A stretch of 64,000 nucleotides of DNA from assembly GCF_009914755.1 (NCBI RefSeq), contig NC_060934.1; one strand, 5' to 3'. The stretch is from the human T2T-CHM13v2.0 reference genome, Homo sapiens. Below, piece by piece: positions 26,088 to 39,090 of the stretch. Within the stretch, counting starts at the first letter, position 1. The number at the start of each line of letters is the position of its first letter. The position numbers were made by a program, and so were the translations under genes. Under the pieces are notes generated by a model, which was given only the letters and a program-made list of their open reading frames with translations, did not search any database and was not told where the DNA came from.

Positions 26088-26470
26088 GGGGTAACAAGTT
26101 CAAATGCACTTAACCTCATGGCCAGGCATGTAACAAGAAAAGAGTGAGGTGGATTTTGCATGCCATGATCAGAAACAGCAACTGGTAGGCGCCTCATAGT
26201 CAGAGGCCAAAGGGAGTGGTGGGGATTGCAGCACGTGGTGGGCTATGGGCCCCAGTCCTAGGAAGTATCCCTAGGAAGCAGCTAATCCCACCCCAGCTAA
26301 TGGCAGGCTGATTTGTCAAATCTTTAATTTTTAAAGAGCTGGAAATGCAGATTTTTATGTTCAATATACTGAATTTTAAACATTGACAGTCTTAAACACA
26401 CTGTATGGGACTCCCAGAAACAAGTTTGCCAACCATCCTTGGCCCACAAGTGGATAGTTTACAACCTCTA
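26088..26470. mobile_element. Old hAT-Charlie element (MER102/MER45-like)
   Basis: Ends ggggtaacaa..tcaaatgc and ttggcccacaag...agtttacaacctct resemble Charlie-derived termini. Confidence 0.45.
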
Positions 26471-26664
26471 GCTTCAAGGCTTGGGGGAGAAGGAGACGTA
26501 AAGAAACAGCAGCCACACAGTCGGCTTTACTAGTTTTGATTTCTTTAATCTTGTTCTTTGTTGTGATTCCTTGATAGATGTGCAGAGCCCAAGAATCAAA
26601 AGGGAAAGAGGGAGGGAGGAGAAGGTTCAGGCTGTAGGTGCTATGCAGCAGCAATCAGAGGTGA

Positions 26665-27030
<366 letters not shown>

Positions 27031-27310
27031 TAAACTCTTCGAAAACAGAAAAGGTCTTCTCTGAATTGTTAAAAAGACCAAGGGTTGTCTCTGAACACTC
27101 CCCACGCCCGTGAATGGGCAGCAGGAATACCTTGTGTTGCCGGCCTGCCCACCGCAGTCACTGAGCGCCCGGAATTCCGGGGTCAATGACACAGACCTCG
27201 TCCCAGCCTTGAAGGACCTCTTAGCTCTGCAACCACAGGGCAGTGTACCAAGGGCTGTGATACTGTACAGGATGCTATGGGACTCTAAGCAAGGCTCTGG
27301 AGTGGGCAGG

Positions 27311-27810
27311 TGTCTCAGTTTGGGTCTCTTCAAATCAGACACTGAGACAGAGATTTGGGGTCTGGGCATTTGGGAGGCAGTTGCAGGAAGCTGGAGTCGG
27401 GGAGCAGGAAAGTGAGATGGGGAGGGAGGAAAAGCCAGTGGGTGGAGGGGGAGGGAGCGGGTCATCCCATGGGCGTTTGAGCTCTAGTACCGCTGGGATT
27501 CCTCTGAGGAATCACACAGGAAAGCGGGTAAAATTGTCCATCAGAGGAAAGAGGACTGGGCATTTGTTCAATGACTCCCATTCCCCACTGGTTGATTGTT
27601 GCCCTGGGGACATTGAGCTGCTTCCAAAGGCAGACTGAGGGGGATCCCTGGCCTGAGGCGGAAACGCTGACACCCATGCGCCTGAGGTGTAAGCTGCTAG
27701 AGCATTCTGGGAACTGTGGGCCCTCGCAGTGTACCAGGCATGTCAGCTCAAAATCATGAAATTTAGGATGGGCTGTGAGGAGGAGGCTCAGGGCACCAAA
27801 AATACCTGTT
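27311..27810 (-). mobile_element. LTR33/LTR16-like ERVL LTR (old)
   Basis: tgtctcagtttggg...cagacactgagacagagatttgggg...tttgggagg and gggcattt...ctcccattccccactggttga..ttgccctgggg resemble the LTR33 consensus as recalled. Confidence 0.55.
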
Positions 27811-29109
27811 ACGTGAGATCAGGTCTCCTGGCAGGTCCTGGGGACTACCAACCAGGTAGATCCCTTTACTCACTCAGTGATTCACCTAAGGTATGCATTG
27901 CCAATCTGACTTTAGAAAAGGAGGGGCATTTTCCCAACCAAGTTCCCATTAGGCCTTCCTCTATTCTATCTGCCCGCTGCCATTTCAGTTACCTGCCAGG
28001 AACCAGATGACATGATGATACTGTATGTAGTTCACACCCTGAGTGTGTTCTAATGACAGCCATCCTTTGAGTGCTTACTGTATGCTAGGCACTGTGCTTT
28101 CCCTATGCACAGGCAGCAGCGTATGGTGGTGAGTACACAATGACTGTTAGCTTGCCAGATGGTGGGGGTGAAATGATGCGTGCTGTACCTGGGACTCATT
28201 TTGGGGAAAGGAAACAAACTTGACCTCCTAGACTGATAGAACTGGATCATCCTGCCCAGAAAATTTTATTAAAACGATGAGAATACTGAGGCATTTTCCC
28301 TTCATGTGTGGAAGTAGTGATGTATTACTAGAAGGGTTAATTACGTTCGGGGGGTTTTGATGAGTGGAAGCACACTACCTAATGAACAGTGACACGGAAA
28401 TGGTTCAGGTGAGAAAACTGCCTTGGTGGAGTTCAAGTTCGTGTTGCTTTAGGAAATTGTCACATGCATTCTTTTACATTCACCTAGAGGCCTAGGTAAG
28501 GGGCATATCCCTCAGATAAATAAATCATGAACTGAACTGGAAATCACTGCTTCTTTGCTGGCATCTGAGCCCTGCCCTTTCAAGGTGAACTTTCTCTATA
28601 ATTTAATTTTATGACTGACTGGATGGAAGTCTGGTTTATTTAACTGTAAAATGGCTTGAATGATAGGAGGGTTTGAATGGATCTGCACGAGTTATTAGCT
28701 GTGCAGAGGGAACAAACCTCATATAGCTCATTTTTAGATAATTCTTTCATAAGGGCTTTCAATTTTCTTGATCTCCTGATTATCTTACATTTGTTTAATA
28801 TTTACACTGTGTTAAACATTGCTCTAAATGCTTGTATAGGTATTATCTCATTTAATTGTCACAACAACCCCAGAAGAGCACACCAGTCCCCTTTACAGAC
28901 AAGGGAACACGTAGGCCAGGAAAGCTGAGTCTTTCTACTAGGGCCACATAATGGGTACCTGGTGGAGCATTGAGTCTTATCTTAGAACTCTGCTTCCAAA
29001 GGCTCTTCCACAGCATGTGGTGTAAGAACACTGTGGTCATTGAATTTATCATGTATAGATTGCCTTGGTCATTCATGGAGAAACTTCACCTTTCTCACTG
29101 CATCTTGAG

Positions 29110-29277
29110 CCTTGCTACTCCAAGCATGGACTCCAGTGGCACTGGCATCTCTGAGAGCTCTTTAGAAATGCAGGATCCCTGGACCCCCTGAGGCTTAATG
29201 AATAAGAATCTGCATTTTAAGCAGATCCCCAGGGATTCAGATTACTGGTTCAGTCTGAGAAACACTCATGCTCTAGA
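29110..29277. mobile_element. MER5A-like MITE
   Basis: ttagaaatgcag...gaatctgcattttaagcagatccccagggattc...tgagaaacac. Confidence 0.75.
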
Positions 29278-30053
29278 AGTTGGTTTCTTTCGTGGTAGAT
29301 CTTCATGCTTCAGAGCAACAGCTGTGGTGCTGGTGGGCCCAGGATGGAACCCCACACCTCCTGGTGACCAGGCATGGGCCTGGCCTTGTTGCTTAACCTT
29401 CCTATGCTTTGCTCTCCTCTGAAATATGGAGCTCATCATTTTATTAGCATCCTTTGGTTACTGTAAAGATTAAGGGAAAGAATGACATAAAGCACTTAGC
29501 ACAATGCTTGAGATTTGGCCAGTGCTCAAGAAATACCATTATTTGTAGTTTGGAGGATGATAACTTCACCCTCTGGCCCTGGCTCTTAAACTGCAGGGAC
29601 TGATAATATCTAGGAGTAATCAGACAACTGAATGCAACCAGAATTTGAGGGATGTTTTAGCATCCCACAAACTCTTGAAGGCTATTGACATTCGTATGAA
29701 AGTCTAGAGTGTTTCTTTGTTGACAAGAGACATGACAATCCTTGGTCCTGTTTGATGGTAGCACAGATAGATTTGGTGGAAGCTACAGAGAATGTTGAAG
29801 AGTAGAGGGAAATGGCAGTCACAGCTCACATCGATTGAATGCTGAGTACATTCAATACTCAATGTACTCTGCGCTGCCCTGTGCTGAGCATCTGCTTTCA
29901 CTGCAGCCACTGGAAGCCCAGATGAGGCTAATGCTGCTGTTGTTTCATTTCACAGAGAAGGGAACTGAACTTGTTCAAGAGTTCACAGAGGAAGGAAAAC
30001 AAAGCTTGCCCAAGAGCTTGTGGTTAAGAAATATCAGAGCTGCAATGATAAAC

Positions 30054-30389
30054 CAGGTTTGGGTAAACTATGGCCCACAGTGGGCTGTATCTGGCCTACC
30101 ACCTGTTTTTATATGGCCTGCACCAAGAATGGTGTTTATATACTTAAGTGATTAGAAAAAAATCACAAGAATAATATCTCAAGACATATAAAATTGTGAT
30201 GAAGTTTGAATTTCAGTGTCCATGAATAAAGTTTTATTGGCACACAGCCAGGCTCATTCATTCACGGAACATCACAGTTGCTTCTGTGCTACAGCAGCAC
30301 AGTTGAATTGTTGTGAAGGTACTGAATAGCTCACAAAGCTGGCGTTGGTTACTGCCAGGCCCTTTACAGAAAGCATTTGCTGACCCCTC
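30054..30389. mobile_element. MER58 (B-like) hAT-Charlie MITE
   Basis: Degenerate TIRs caggtttgggtaaac / atttgctgacccct; internal aataaagttttattggcacacagcca. Confidence 0.85.
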
Positions 30390-30410
30390 TTAGAAACCTT
30401 AGTCATTGGA

Positions 30411-30714
30411 GGCTGGGTGCGGTGGCTCACGCCTGTAATCCCAGCACTTTGGGAGGCCGAGGCAGGTGGATCACGAGGTCAGGAGATCGAGACCATCCTG
30501 GCTAACATGGTGAAACCCCATCTCTACTAAAAATACAAAAAATTAGCCGGGCATGTTGGCAGGTGCCTGTAGTCCCAGCTACTCAGGAGGCTGAGGCAGG
30601 AGAATGGAGTGAACCCAGGAGGCGGAGCTTGCAGTGAGCCAAGATAGAGCCACTGCAGTCCGGCCTGGGTGAAAGAGCGAGACTCCGCCTCAAAACAAAA
30701 ACAAAATCAAAAAC
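30411..30714 (+). mobile_element. AluY-lineage element (Yk-like diagnostics), 17-bp TSD
   Basis: gagatcgagaccatcctggctaac; 3' end gatagagccactgcagtccggcctgggtgaaagagcg; perfect TSD aaaccttagtcattgga (30394-30410, 30715-30731). Confidence 0.93.
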
Positions 30715-32667
30715 AAACCTTAGTCATTGGAATCGAGAACAGAGCCCCTCACCACTATTCTTTAGTGCCTCCCAATAGAGCCACTGAACATTCCATTACC
30801 ATGACTTCTTTGTTCCCCCACTTCAGATACCAAAGTAATTATTCAGTTATTAAGGAACTGCTTTAAGATCTGGAAGGCAGAATTCTAATAGCATGGCCCA
30901 GTTGCTGGTAGTGTAGCCTACACTAAAGGTAATTCTTGCCTGCTTTATTAGTGGATAACTCAGTGGTCATCCTCCCCAAAGCTGGGCTGAAATAGTTGAA
31001 GATGCTCCCTCACTAGACGATGATGTGGGACTGAGAGGTACAGTGTAAGATGAAACCACTGAACAGAAGCCTGTCTGTGGGTTTTTGCTCTGTTCTAAAA
31101 TCAAGGGGTAGAAGAATGAGATGCGAGGGGGAAAATAGCTTCTGCAGAGCCTTGATGCTCTCATTGAAGGACATTTAAAGTGCTGGGAATGGTTGAGGAG
31201 GCTGTGTCCCCGTCGTGCTCCTGGGGCCTGTTTCTTGGCTGCCACTTCTTTCTGGGGTTTCTGGGAATGCCTGCTTTCCTGCACATGCTTCTGCCTGCCA
31301 GGGAGGTTGGAAGGAGCAATTGGAGGCAGGCTGTTCAGAAAACAGAATGCCAATGCTAGCATAGATGTCCTCCCTGTAGCTGTCTGCGGGGCACCATATG
31401 CTTCTACCTACTTGGTTTGCCCAAGACAGCCTGAGTATGAACATTCTCAGAGGGTGGGTTCAGGTCACACTACTCATGATCCTGTAACACTCCAGCAACA
31501 CTTAACCTCTGATGGGCACATTTTCAAAGTGCTTTTCAGGCATTGTATCTTAGTGGTTCCCAAATGCTGATCTGAGGGCCAGGAGAAATGATACGGTCCC
31601 AAACGCAATATTCATTGGTGTGTAAGAAAATGAGCACAGTAAGAACTGTGTAGCATAAAGCTAATTTTACTTCTCTATTTTAGGGACTGTTCTTTTATCT
31701 GTGTCCTTTTTTTTTTTTTACTTTTGAAAATTCCTTTTTTGAGATGACATTCTCTTATTGTTTGTGTGTTCCTCTCCTTTATGAGATGATGGTAAGAGGC
31801 ATGATGATTTTCTGTTAGTCAAGAGCATGGATCCTGTGTATGTGGTGACTTCGTTGCTTTGTTAGACAGGGATAATCATGCCTATCTCCTAGAGTTATTG
31901 GGGAGATTATATTAACATATATAAAACATTTAGAATAGTCCCTGGCACATAGCAAACACTACATTGTTACCTAAGATTCTTCCTTTTTGGTTTTCGTGTT
32001 AAAAATTTAGCATAAGAAGAAGTTGGCAAGACTATGATGGTACCTTCAAGATTTTGGAGGAAATATATAGGTCAAAGAAATCCAAAATCTAGGAACTGGT
32101 ACTTTCTGTCTTAATCTTTGCAATAACCCTGTTTTGCAGATCAGGAAACTAAAGCTCAGATAGGTTTATGGGCCCTCAGAAAGTGTAAGAAAAAGGATAA
32201 TAGTGCAGGATTGTCTAGGACTCTGGTCTCCCTTAAGGGAGCAGACTTTTAATATGCAGATGTTTGGGGCCTTTTTTTTTTTTTTACGATTGTGTTCAGC
32301 TTCATTAAGGTGAACAAGTTTCTCAACGTGTGTCCTTTCAAACTTGCCTGAGTGTACTTAATGTACTCAATTATCAAATGCCTTCTCATATTCCCTCTCA
32401 GTAGTTCTCTCTAAATGTGCCAGGAATAACTTCCATAGCATTAGAGTACTGCAAGCATTAGGAGTTTCTTAAAAGAGATTGGCGCTGGTAAGCTCGATTA
32501 GGCAGATAGAGTTTAAAAACCGGTTTATACCTTAAACTGTAAGTACCTTAAACACTTGTAATTTCAGCCAACCTGAGGAGAGACACAGATGACTTCTGGA
32601 GTCCAGATCTTCAATTTGGTTAGCAAGGGTCTTTTTTGTGTTATGTGTTTTGAAACAAGTGGTTTTT

Positions 32668-32806
32668 CTACCTATCAGATACTATGCTTATTACTTGGGA
32701 GATGAAACAATCTGTATATCAAACTTCTATGACATACAATTTACCTATATAACAAATGTGCTCATGTACTCCTACAACTAAAATAAAAGTTAAAAAAAGA
32801 AAAAAA
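32668..32806 (+). mobile_element. Short L1PA/PB 3' end with AATAAA, A-tail and TSD
   Basis: ctatgcttattacttgggagatgaaacaatctgtat...caatttacctatataacaaa...aaataaaagttaaaaaaa; agtggtttt on both sides. Confidence 0.85.
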
Positions 32807-32862
32807 GAGTGGTTTTCAAAAGGGGTATCTTGATTGACTTCTTTCTCTACCCTTCCATTTTC

Positions 32863-33230
<368 letters not shown>

Positions 33231-33779
33231 TAGGATTGAGACATCTTAAACGTCAGAAGTCCACGAAATAGCAGATCTGACTACAGAGGTTCAATTAATA
33301 AAGGGGTGATGTATATTAAGTGAGTAGTAGATATGGAACCTCAGCACTCATCATGTAGAAGCATACACCTTCTACACCTATGACAAGAAATGAATTTCTG
33401 TCCAACTTTCCACCTGTTTTACTAGCCCCCTTCTAAGACTCCTTTTCCCTTCCACCTCTCCACACCCATGAATGGAAAAGGAGGCATTGCTCATCTGGTT
33501 GGTCGCAGCCTGAGACTTGAGTCACATACTGCTGATGGCCCAGGCCATTATGTGCTATATATCCCCTGCCTATGTGCTGAAGTTCTCTTGCTCTCCTAGC
33601 CTGGGCAAGACCCACTATGTCCACTGTCCATTCTAACTCCTCTAAATCTTTGACTGGGTGGGTAAACCTTATTGGGTCTGCTCTTTCTGGTCATCTAAGA
33701 TTCAAGGAAGAGAGAATAGGTCTCTTGGTACAGAAAATTCCCAGCTCAATAGACTAAAGAAGGCTTACACAAGGTGGTA

Positions 33780-34020
33780 TCCATAGTGATTAGTGGATAC
33801 GACTCTTGAACAAATCAGGTTCATGAGTCCAAGCTCACTCATATTGCTGTGTGACCCAGAGGAACTTACTTAACTTCTCTAAGCCTCAGGTTTTGATTAG
33901 GAAGGTATAGGTAATAGTAGTGCCTATCACATAAGATTTCAGTGTAAATTAAACAAGATCATCTTTATCAAGCACATAGCTCAAGGATTGCACTTAATAA
34001 ATGTTAGCTGTTGTTACCAT
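33780..34020 (+). mobile_element. MIR
   Basis: gctgtgtgacc...ttacttaacttctctaagcctcag...aataaatgttagctg. Confidence 0.7.
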
Positions 34021-34047
34021 GGTATTTTACTTTAGACTTAAATTTTA

Positions 34048-34351
34048 GGCCAGGTGTGGTGGCTCACACCTATAATCCTAGCACTTCGGGAGGCCGAGGT
34101 GGGTGGATCACCTGAGGTCAGGAGTTTGAGACCAGCCTGGCCAATGTGATGAAACCCTGTCTCTACTAAAAATACAAAAAATGAGCCAGGTGCGGTGGCA
34201 CACACCTGTAGTCCCAGCTACTTGGGAGGCTGAGGCAAGAGAATCGCTCGAAGGTTGCAGTGAGTTGAGATCACTCCACTGCACTCCAGCCTGGGCGACA
34301 GAGTGAGACTCCATCTCAAAACATAAAATAGGATAAAATAAAATAAAATAA
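34048..34351 (+). mobile_element. AluSx-like with small right-arm deletion
   Basis: Alu dimer with (TAAAA)n tail; TSD aaattttag. Confidence 0.93.
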
Positions 34352-34544
34352 AAATTTTAGAAGAGCCTCTAAAGTACATAGTAGCTTATAAATGACATAG
34401 CTTGACTCAGCATTTCATATGTGAACTCCCTTTCAGGAGTAATTGCATAGACCCATCCATTCTTAGAGCAGTCTCTCACTTTCCTTCCATGGTGTCTGAC
34501 CCTTTAGTTACTGTGCCCATGAGTTAGGCCTCTGTGATAGCCTG

Positions 34545-35045
34545 AGTATCTGTTAGCTTTTTCTGTATAATAAAGCACTCCACAACTTCGTGGCTTAGAA
34601 CAATAATCATTTATTAGGTGTTGATTCTGTCAGTTGGCAATTTGAGCTGGGCTCAGCTGGCTTGTTTTTCTGTTGGGTTCTCCTGGGCTGACATGTGCTT
34701 TTTCAACCAGCTGGTGGATTGGCCCAAAGCTGGTTCATTTGGGTGGGATCATTCACATGTACAGTGGTTGGTGCTGGCAGTTGGCGAGAGGGAAGTAGTG
34801 TCTGAACTACCTGTCTCCACCAGCCTAGCCCAGGCTTACTCTCATGGTAACAGCCTTAGAGTCTCCAAGGCAGCAAGAAAGGGCAATCCTCAATATGCAA
34901 GTACTTTTTGGGTCTCCATTTGTGTCATACTTACCAATGTCCCATTAGCCAAAGCAAGTCACATGGCCAAGCCCAGAGTAAATGTGGGAGAGGACTATCT
35001 AGGGTCATAGTTACAAGTGGCTCTTGTTCAACACTGTACCACAGT
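34545..35045 (-). mobile_element. MLT1-type MaLR LTR (old)
   Basis: tatctgttagc...gtggcttagaacaataatcatttatt...gggctcagctgg...ccattagccaaagcaagtcacatggccaagcccaga, typical of MLT1. Confidence 0.75.
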
Positions 35046-37074
35046 CTCCTTTCTTTGGGGAGATTGAGTGGAGATACTTTGCATTTAATCATCAAGTGGT
35101 ACAAGATTTCTTAAGTTTTATTTTAATTGACACATAATAATTGTACTAAGATTTCTTTTTTTAATCCTTTGTTGGATATGGTACTTTAATATGCTGGCAT
35201 CTTGTCGCTACCCTTGGATTTTATTGCTGACATGTTTTTCTTTCGTTTAATTTTTTATTCCCTTTATTTAGGAAATTATGGTTTGCTGTAGGACATAGTT
35301 ATTTTTATAGGAGAAACAGCTGTGATGTCATAACTGAGTACATTTCCTTAGTGATATGCATTTATTCCCATGCATTTGGAAACATGATCCACCATCCATT
35401 TGTTCATTTTTATTTTGGTCTCTGATTTCACATTGAATCAGAGCAAATATGTGAACCAAAAATATATTAGTTGATAAATTAGTCTTTTAAAAATGTAACA
35501 TTTACTATTTTCTTTTGATATTTATAGTTATTGAGCTGTAAGAGGTAAGGGAGTGTTTTAAAATATTTTTTTCTTCTATAAGGATCAGTTTGAATTAAGT
35601 TGCATAAAACCAAGTGAGATGCAGAATAATATGTTTCTAGTATTAGAAACAATTCAAGCTTTTTATGAGAGTGGTGCTTAAACAGGAGTTTTTTTTTTTT
35701 TAGAAACAAATAACAATAACATGGCCAATAACTGAAAAAGGAAATAAGTAGATTACTTAGAGTCCAAAGGAAACATTTTCAATAAAGAATTTCTCAGTGG
35801 AACATTTAGGTTGTTATTGAATCTGTATACAATTATATCTTACTCCCCAAACAAAAGAGATTTTCAGTGATAAATGTTTTTGGACAGCAGCAAGATTCAA
35901 TTCAGTTTATTTCAAGATGAGGATTTATTTGTGAAATTAGAAGAAAATAGTTGCCAACAAGGACCCGGGGGAGTCCTATCTATTTTTATCTCCTCTGTTG
36001 GTGTTTTACCCAGAAATATCTTAGAAACAGAGGTGCTTCTTACAAGGATGAGAAAAATTGCAGGTGGAGCAGAAATTAATTTGTATTTATAGTCCAAACA
36101 CCTACATGAATCCTTAATCTGCTTTTTTATGATTTTAGGGGAATTTATAGAATCGTTTAGATTGGAAGAAATCTCTGGTGGGTCATCAAGTTCCCTCTCC
36201 TTATAATGGCAGTGCTGATTTTATTATCTTAAAGCAGCTCTGATAGATGGGTGTCAAGTCTGGCTCATGTTTCATGCATTAAAAAATGTATATTCCCTAC
36301 TCTGCATGTATTTAATGTGTAGGAAACAGCCTGGGAGCTGCCTATATGCCTGGGAGTCCTTTTCTGAGTTCTTGACACACAGTCTTCTCTGGAGCCGGTG
36401 CCAAATCTGTAGCATATTAAGTGTTATGTTGATATCATCAGACTCAGTTTGCTTTTGGCTTCTGACAGTTTGGAACACTTTCCTCCAATGTGTGTAGGGG
36501 CCAGTATACTGTCTGTTCTGAGATGATAATAGATCATTTCCTCTTACATCCTTTTGTCCTGCACACCTCCAGAGAACTGCCTTCCCCTAAATTAAGACAG
36601 CCTGCTTGGAAGACTATGAACCAAAAAGCATTTTGGGGTATCTATAATATCTATAGAAGTTTGTAAGACACAAAGGAATAGGACATGGTCCTTACCTGCA
36701 AGAAATTTATGATCTATTTGAGAAGATTTCTGGGTATTTTTGGGAAGAAATGAGACTGATCTCCGTGAGCAGTGTGTGAAAATCCAGACCATTACTTTAC
36801 GGTTCCATTCAGTAAACAATACACAATGACACCTAAACACGACATTCTGGATACTGACAATAGGGAGTGCCTAATTATGCAGTAGAGCCACTGTCTGGGA
36901 TGGTATATAATGAGATGTTGTTGTTTAAAACTGCTGTGCATACCAAAAGAATAAGAGCAGGGGAGATGAGTAAGAACTGGCTTCCTCAAGGACAAAGAGG
37001 ACATGTTTGGACTGGGCCTTGAGGTGTTAAAATGACTCATCAAGTTATTGCCTAAAAACATACATTAAGGCAGG

Positions 37075-37270
37075 ATGGCACAGTGGCTGAGAGCTGAGAC
37101 CTATTTTGAGTCCTGGTCTTACCAATGACTACCTCTGACCTTGGGCAAGTAACTAACCGTCTCAAAGCCCCAGTGACTCCAGCTGTAAGGCAGTGAGAGG
37201 AACAGCACCTGATTCACAGGGTTGCTGTGCTCATCAGATGAGCTAACTGATTTAAACTGCCTAGGATAGA
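37075..37270 (+). mobile_element. MIR
   Basis: tgaccttgggcaagtaactaacc...cacagggttgctgtg. Confidence 0.65.
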
Positions 37271-37649
37271 GCTAGACACACAGGGTAAGAAGAAGAGTAA
37301 CTACATATGATGGTGGTGGTGTTGGTGTAGAAAAGGCCCATGGAAGCACATGGGCAGAATAATAGAATGCTTTTGAAGAAGGTACATTTGGAAACAAATG
37401 AAAAGGGCATTTCAGGCTGAGGACAGATGAAGAGTCAATGTTCTGAGGCAGAGGTGAGCACAACTGGAGTGTGGGGATGTGGTTGAGTAGCAGGAAGATA
37501 TAGCTGGCTATTTTGTTTTGGAGTGTACCTTTAGATATATTTGGTGGGACCAATTATATGTCTTAGAGACCAAGCATAGGCATTACACTAGCTCCAGGAG
37601 ACAACTATGCACTCTAACAGTGACAATGACCGTAACTCCCATAGCCGCA

Positions 37650-37850
37650 GCTAACAGGTCTTAACTGCCTATTATTTTACCATGTGTCCAATCCTTTATG
37701 TTATGTATGTTATCCTCATAAGAATTTTTAAGTATTAGACCAGTTTTACAAATGAGGAAGCTGATGCTCAGAGTGATCAAGTAACATGGCTAAGGTCACA
37801 TAGTATCCCGTGGCAGAGTCGGGGCCCAAACCCGTGCAGTCTGTGGTGAG
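37650..37850 (-). mobile_element. MIR
   Basis: ttttacaaatgaggaagctgatgctcagag...aaggtcacatag...ggcagagtcggg. Confidence 0.7.
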
Positions 37851-38096
37851 AAGTGACTCCTGTGTCCTAGCTGAGGTTGGTTGGCTGTCCAGGCCTACAT
37901 TCTGCAGGACATTAGCCGTTCAAGAGTGTGACTTGGTAAAAGTGACAAGGAAGAAGACTGAGGCCAGAGACTGAGGCTAAAGGACCAGATAAGGAGTAGC
38001 TGTGATTTGGGCCCGAGGTACTGAGGATGTTGGTAAGGGACAGGCTCTGGGGAGGAGAAAGGAGCAAATCCATGAGATCTTAAAAAGACCAACATA

Positions 38097-38401
38097 GACT
38101 GGGTGCTGGCTCATGCCTATAATCCCAGCACTTTGGGAGGCCGAGGTGGTGGATTGCTTGAGCTCAGGAGTTTGACACCAGCCTGGGCAACATGGCAAAA
38201 ACCTGTTTCTATAAAAAATACAAAAATTGGCTGGATGTGGCAGTGCTCACCTGTAGTCCCAGCTACTTGGGAGGCTGAGATGGGAGGATCACCTGATCAC
38301 CCTTGACCAGAGGTCGAGGCTGCAGTGAGCTGTGATGGTTTCAGTGCACTCCGGTCTGGGCAACAGAGTGAGACCCATCTGAAAAACAAAACAAAACAAA
38401 C
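38097..38401 (+). mobile_element. AluJ
   Basis: Alu dimer with (CAAAA)n tail; TSD aagacca(a/g)catag. Confidence 0.92.
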
Positions 38402-38869
38402 AAGACCAGCATAGGGGACTTAGAAATTGAATCCCTGTGAAGGTCAAGGGAGGAGAGTCAAAGGTGGCTTTCGGTCTTTCCTCCTGGTCAGTGATAACTC
38501 CAAGTTTGACAAAACCAATTCGCTGCCTTGGGGACCATTCACCATACCACACCCCTCCTCCCACACCTCCTTCCCCCCGCCGCCTTCCATCATCCTCTCT
38601 CCCTCCCCACTCCCCCCAGCTATCCAGGCTGAAGCTTGGACCTTAAGACTGTTTAAACTTTGATTAACCCAGGCTGAAAACAAAACAAAACAAAAAACAA
38701 AACAGGGAAAGAAAATCCATGTTACAAAAGGCTGCAAATTTTTTTTATTTTTTAAATCACAGGAAAACTAGAGACTCCAGTAATCCTTTCGTTCCATTTC
38801 ACTCTTCCAGATTGTGCCTCTGATAGAGATTGGCAGTTATGAAGAAAGACATTTTCACCCCATTACATG

Positions 38870-39090
38870 TTCCAGTTGGTTATTGCCGGCATGTTGAGAG
38901 CTATTGATTTTTGCATACTTGTTTGTATCCAACCTATCATACTAAATAGCTTCTCAGTTAATTTTCTGGGGTTTCTAGGTATGTAATCATACCTTGTTTA
39001 AGAAGTGATTATTTTCCTCTTCCTTTCCAATAATCATTCAATTTGTTTTTATTTCCTCACTTATTGCTTTGTTTACAGTATCAGTTATTT
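38870..39090 (-). mobile_element. Old antisense L1M fragment
   Basis: gctattgatttttgcata...tttgtatcca...gggtttctaggtatgtaatcata...ttcctttccaat. Confidence 0.65.

Noticed and set aside
28470-28501. cctAG|GTAAGG as a second recursive site
   Set aside because: Upstream AGs lie between the pyrimidine tract and this AG, making it a poor acceptor.
34013-34026. RFX X-box-like GTTACCATGGTATT (attractive for a ciliary gene); also a half-site at ~19768-19781
   Set aside because: Imperfect second half, located at MIR edges far from the promoter; expected by chance in 64 kb.
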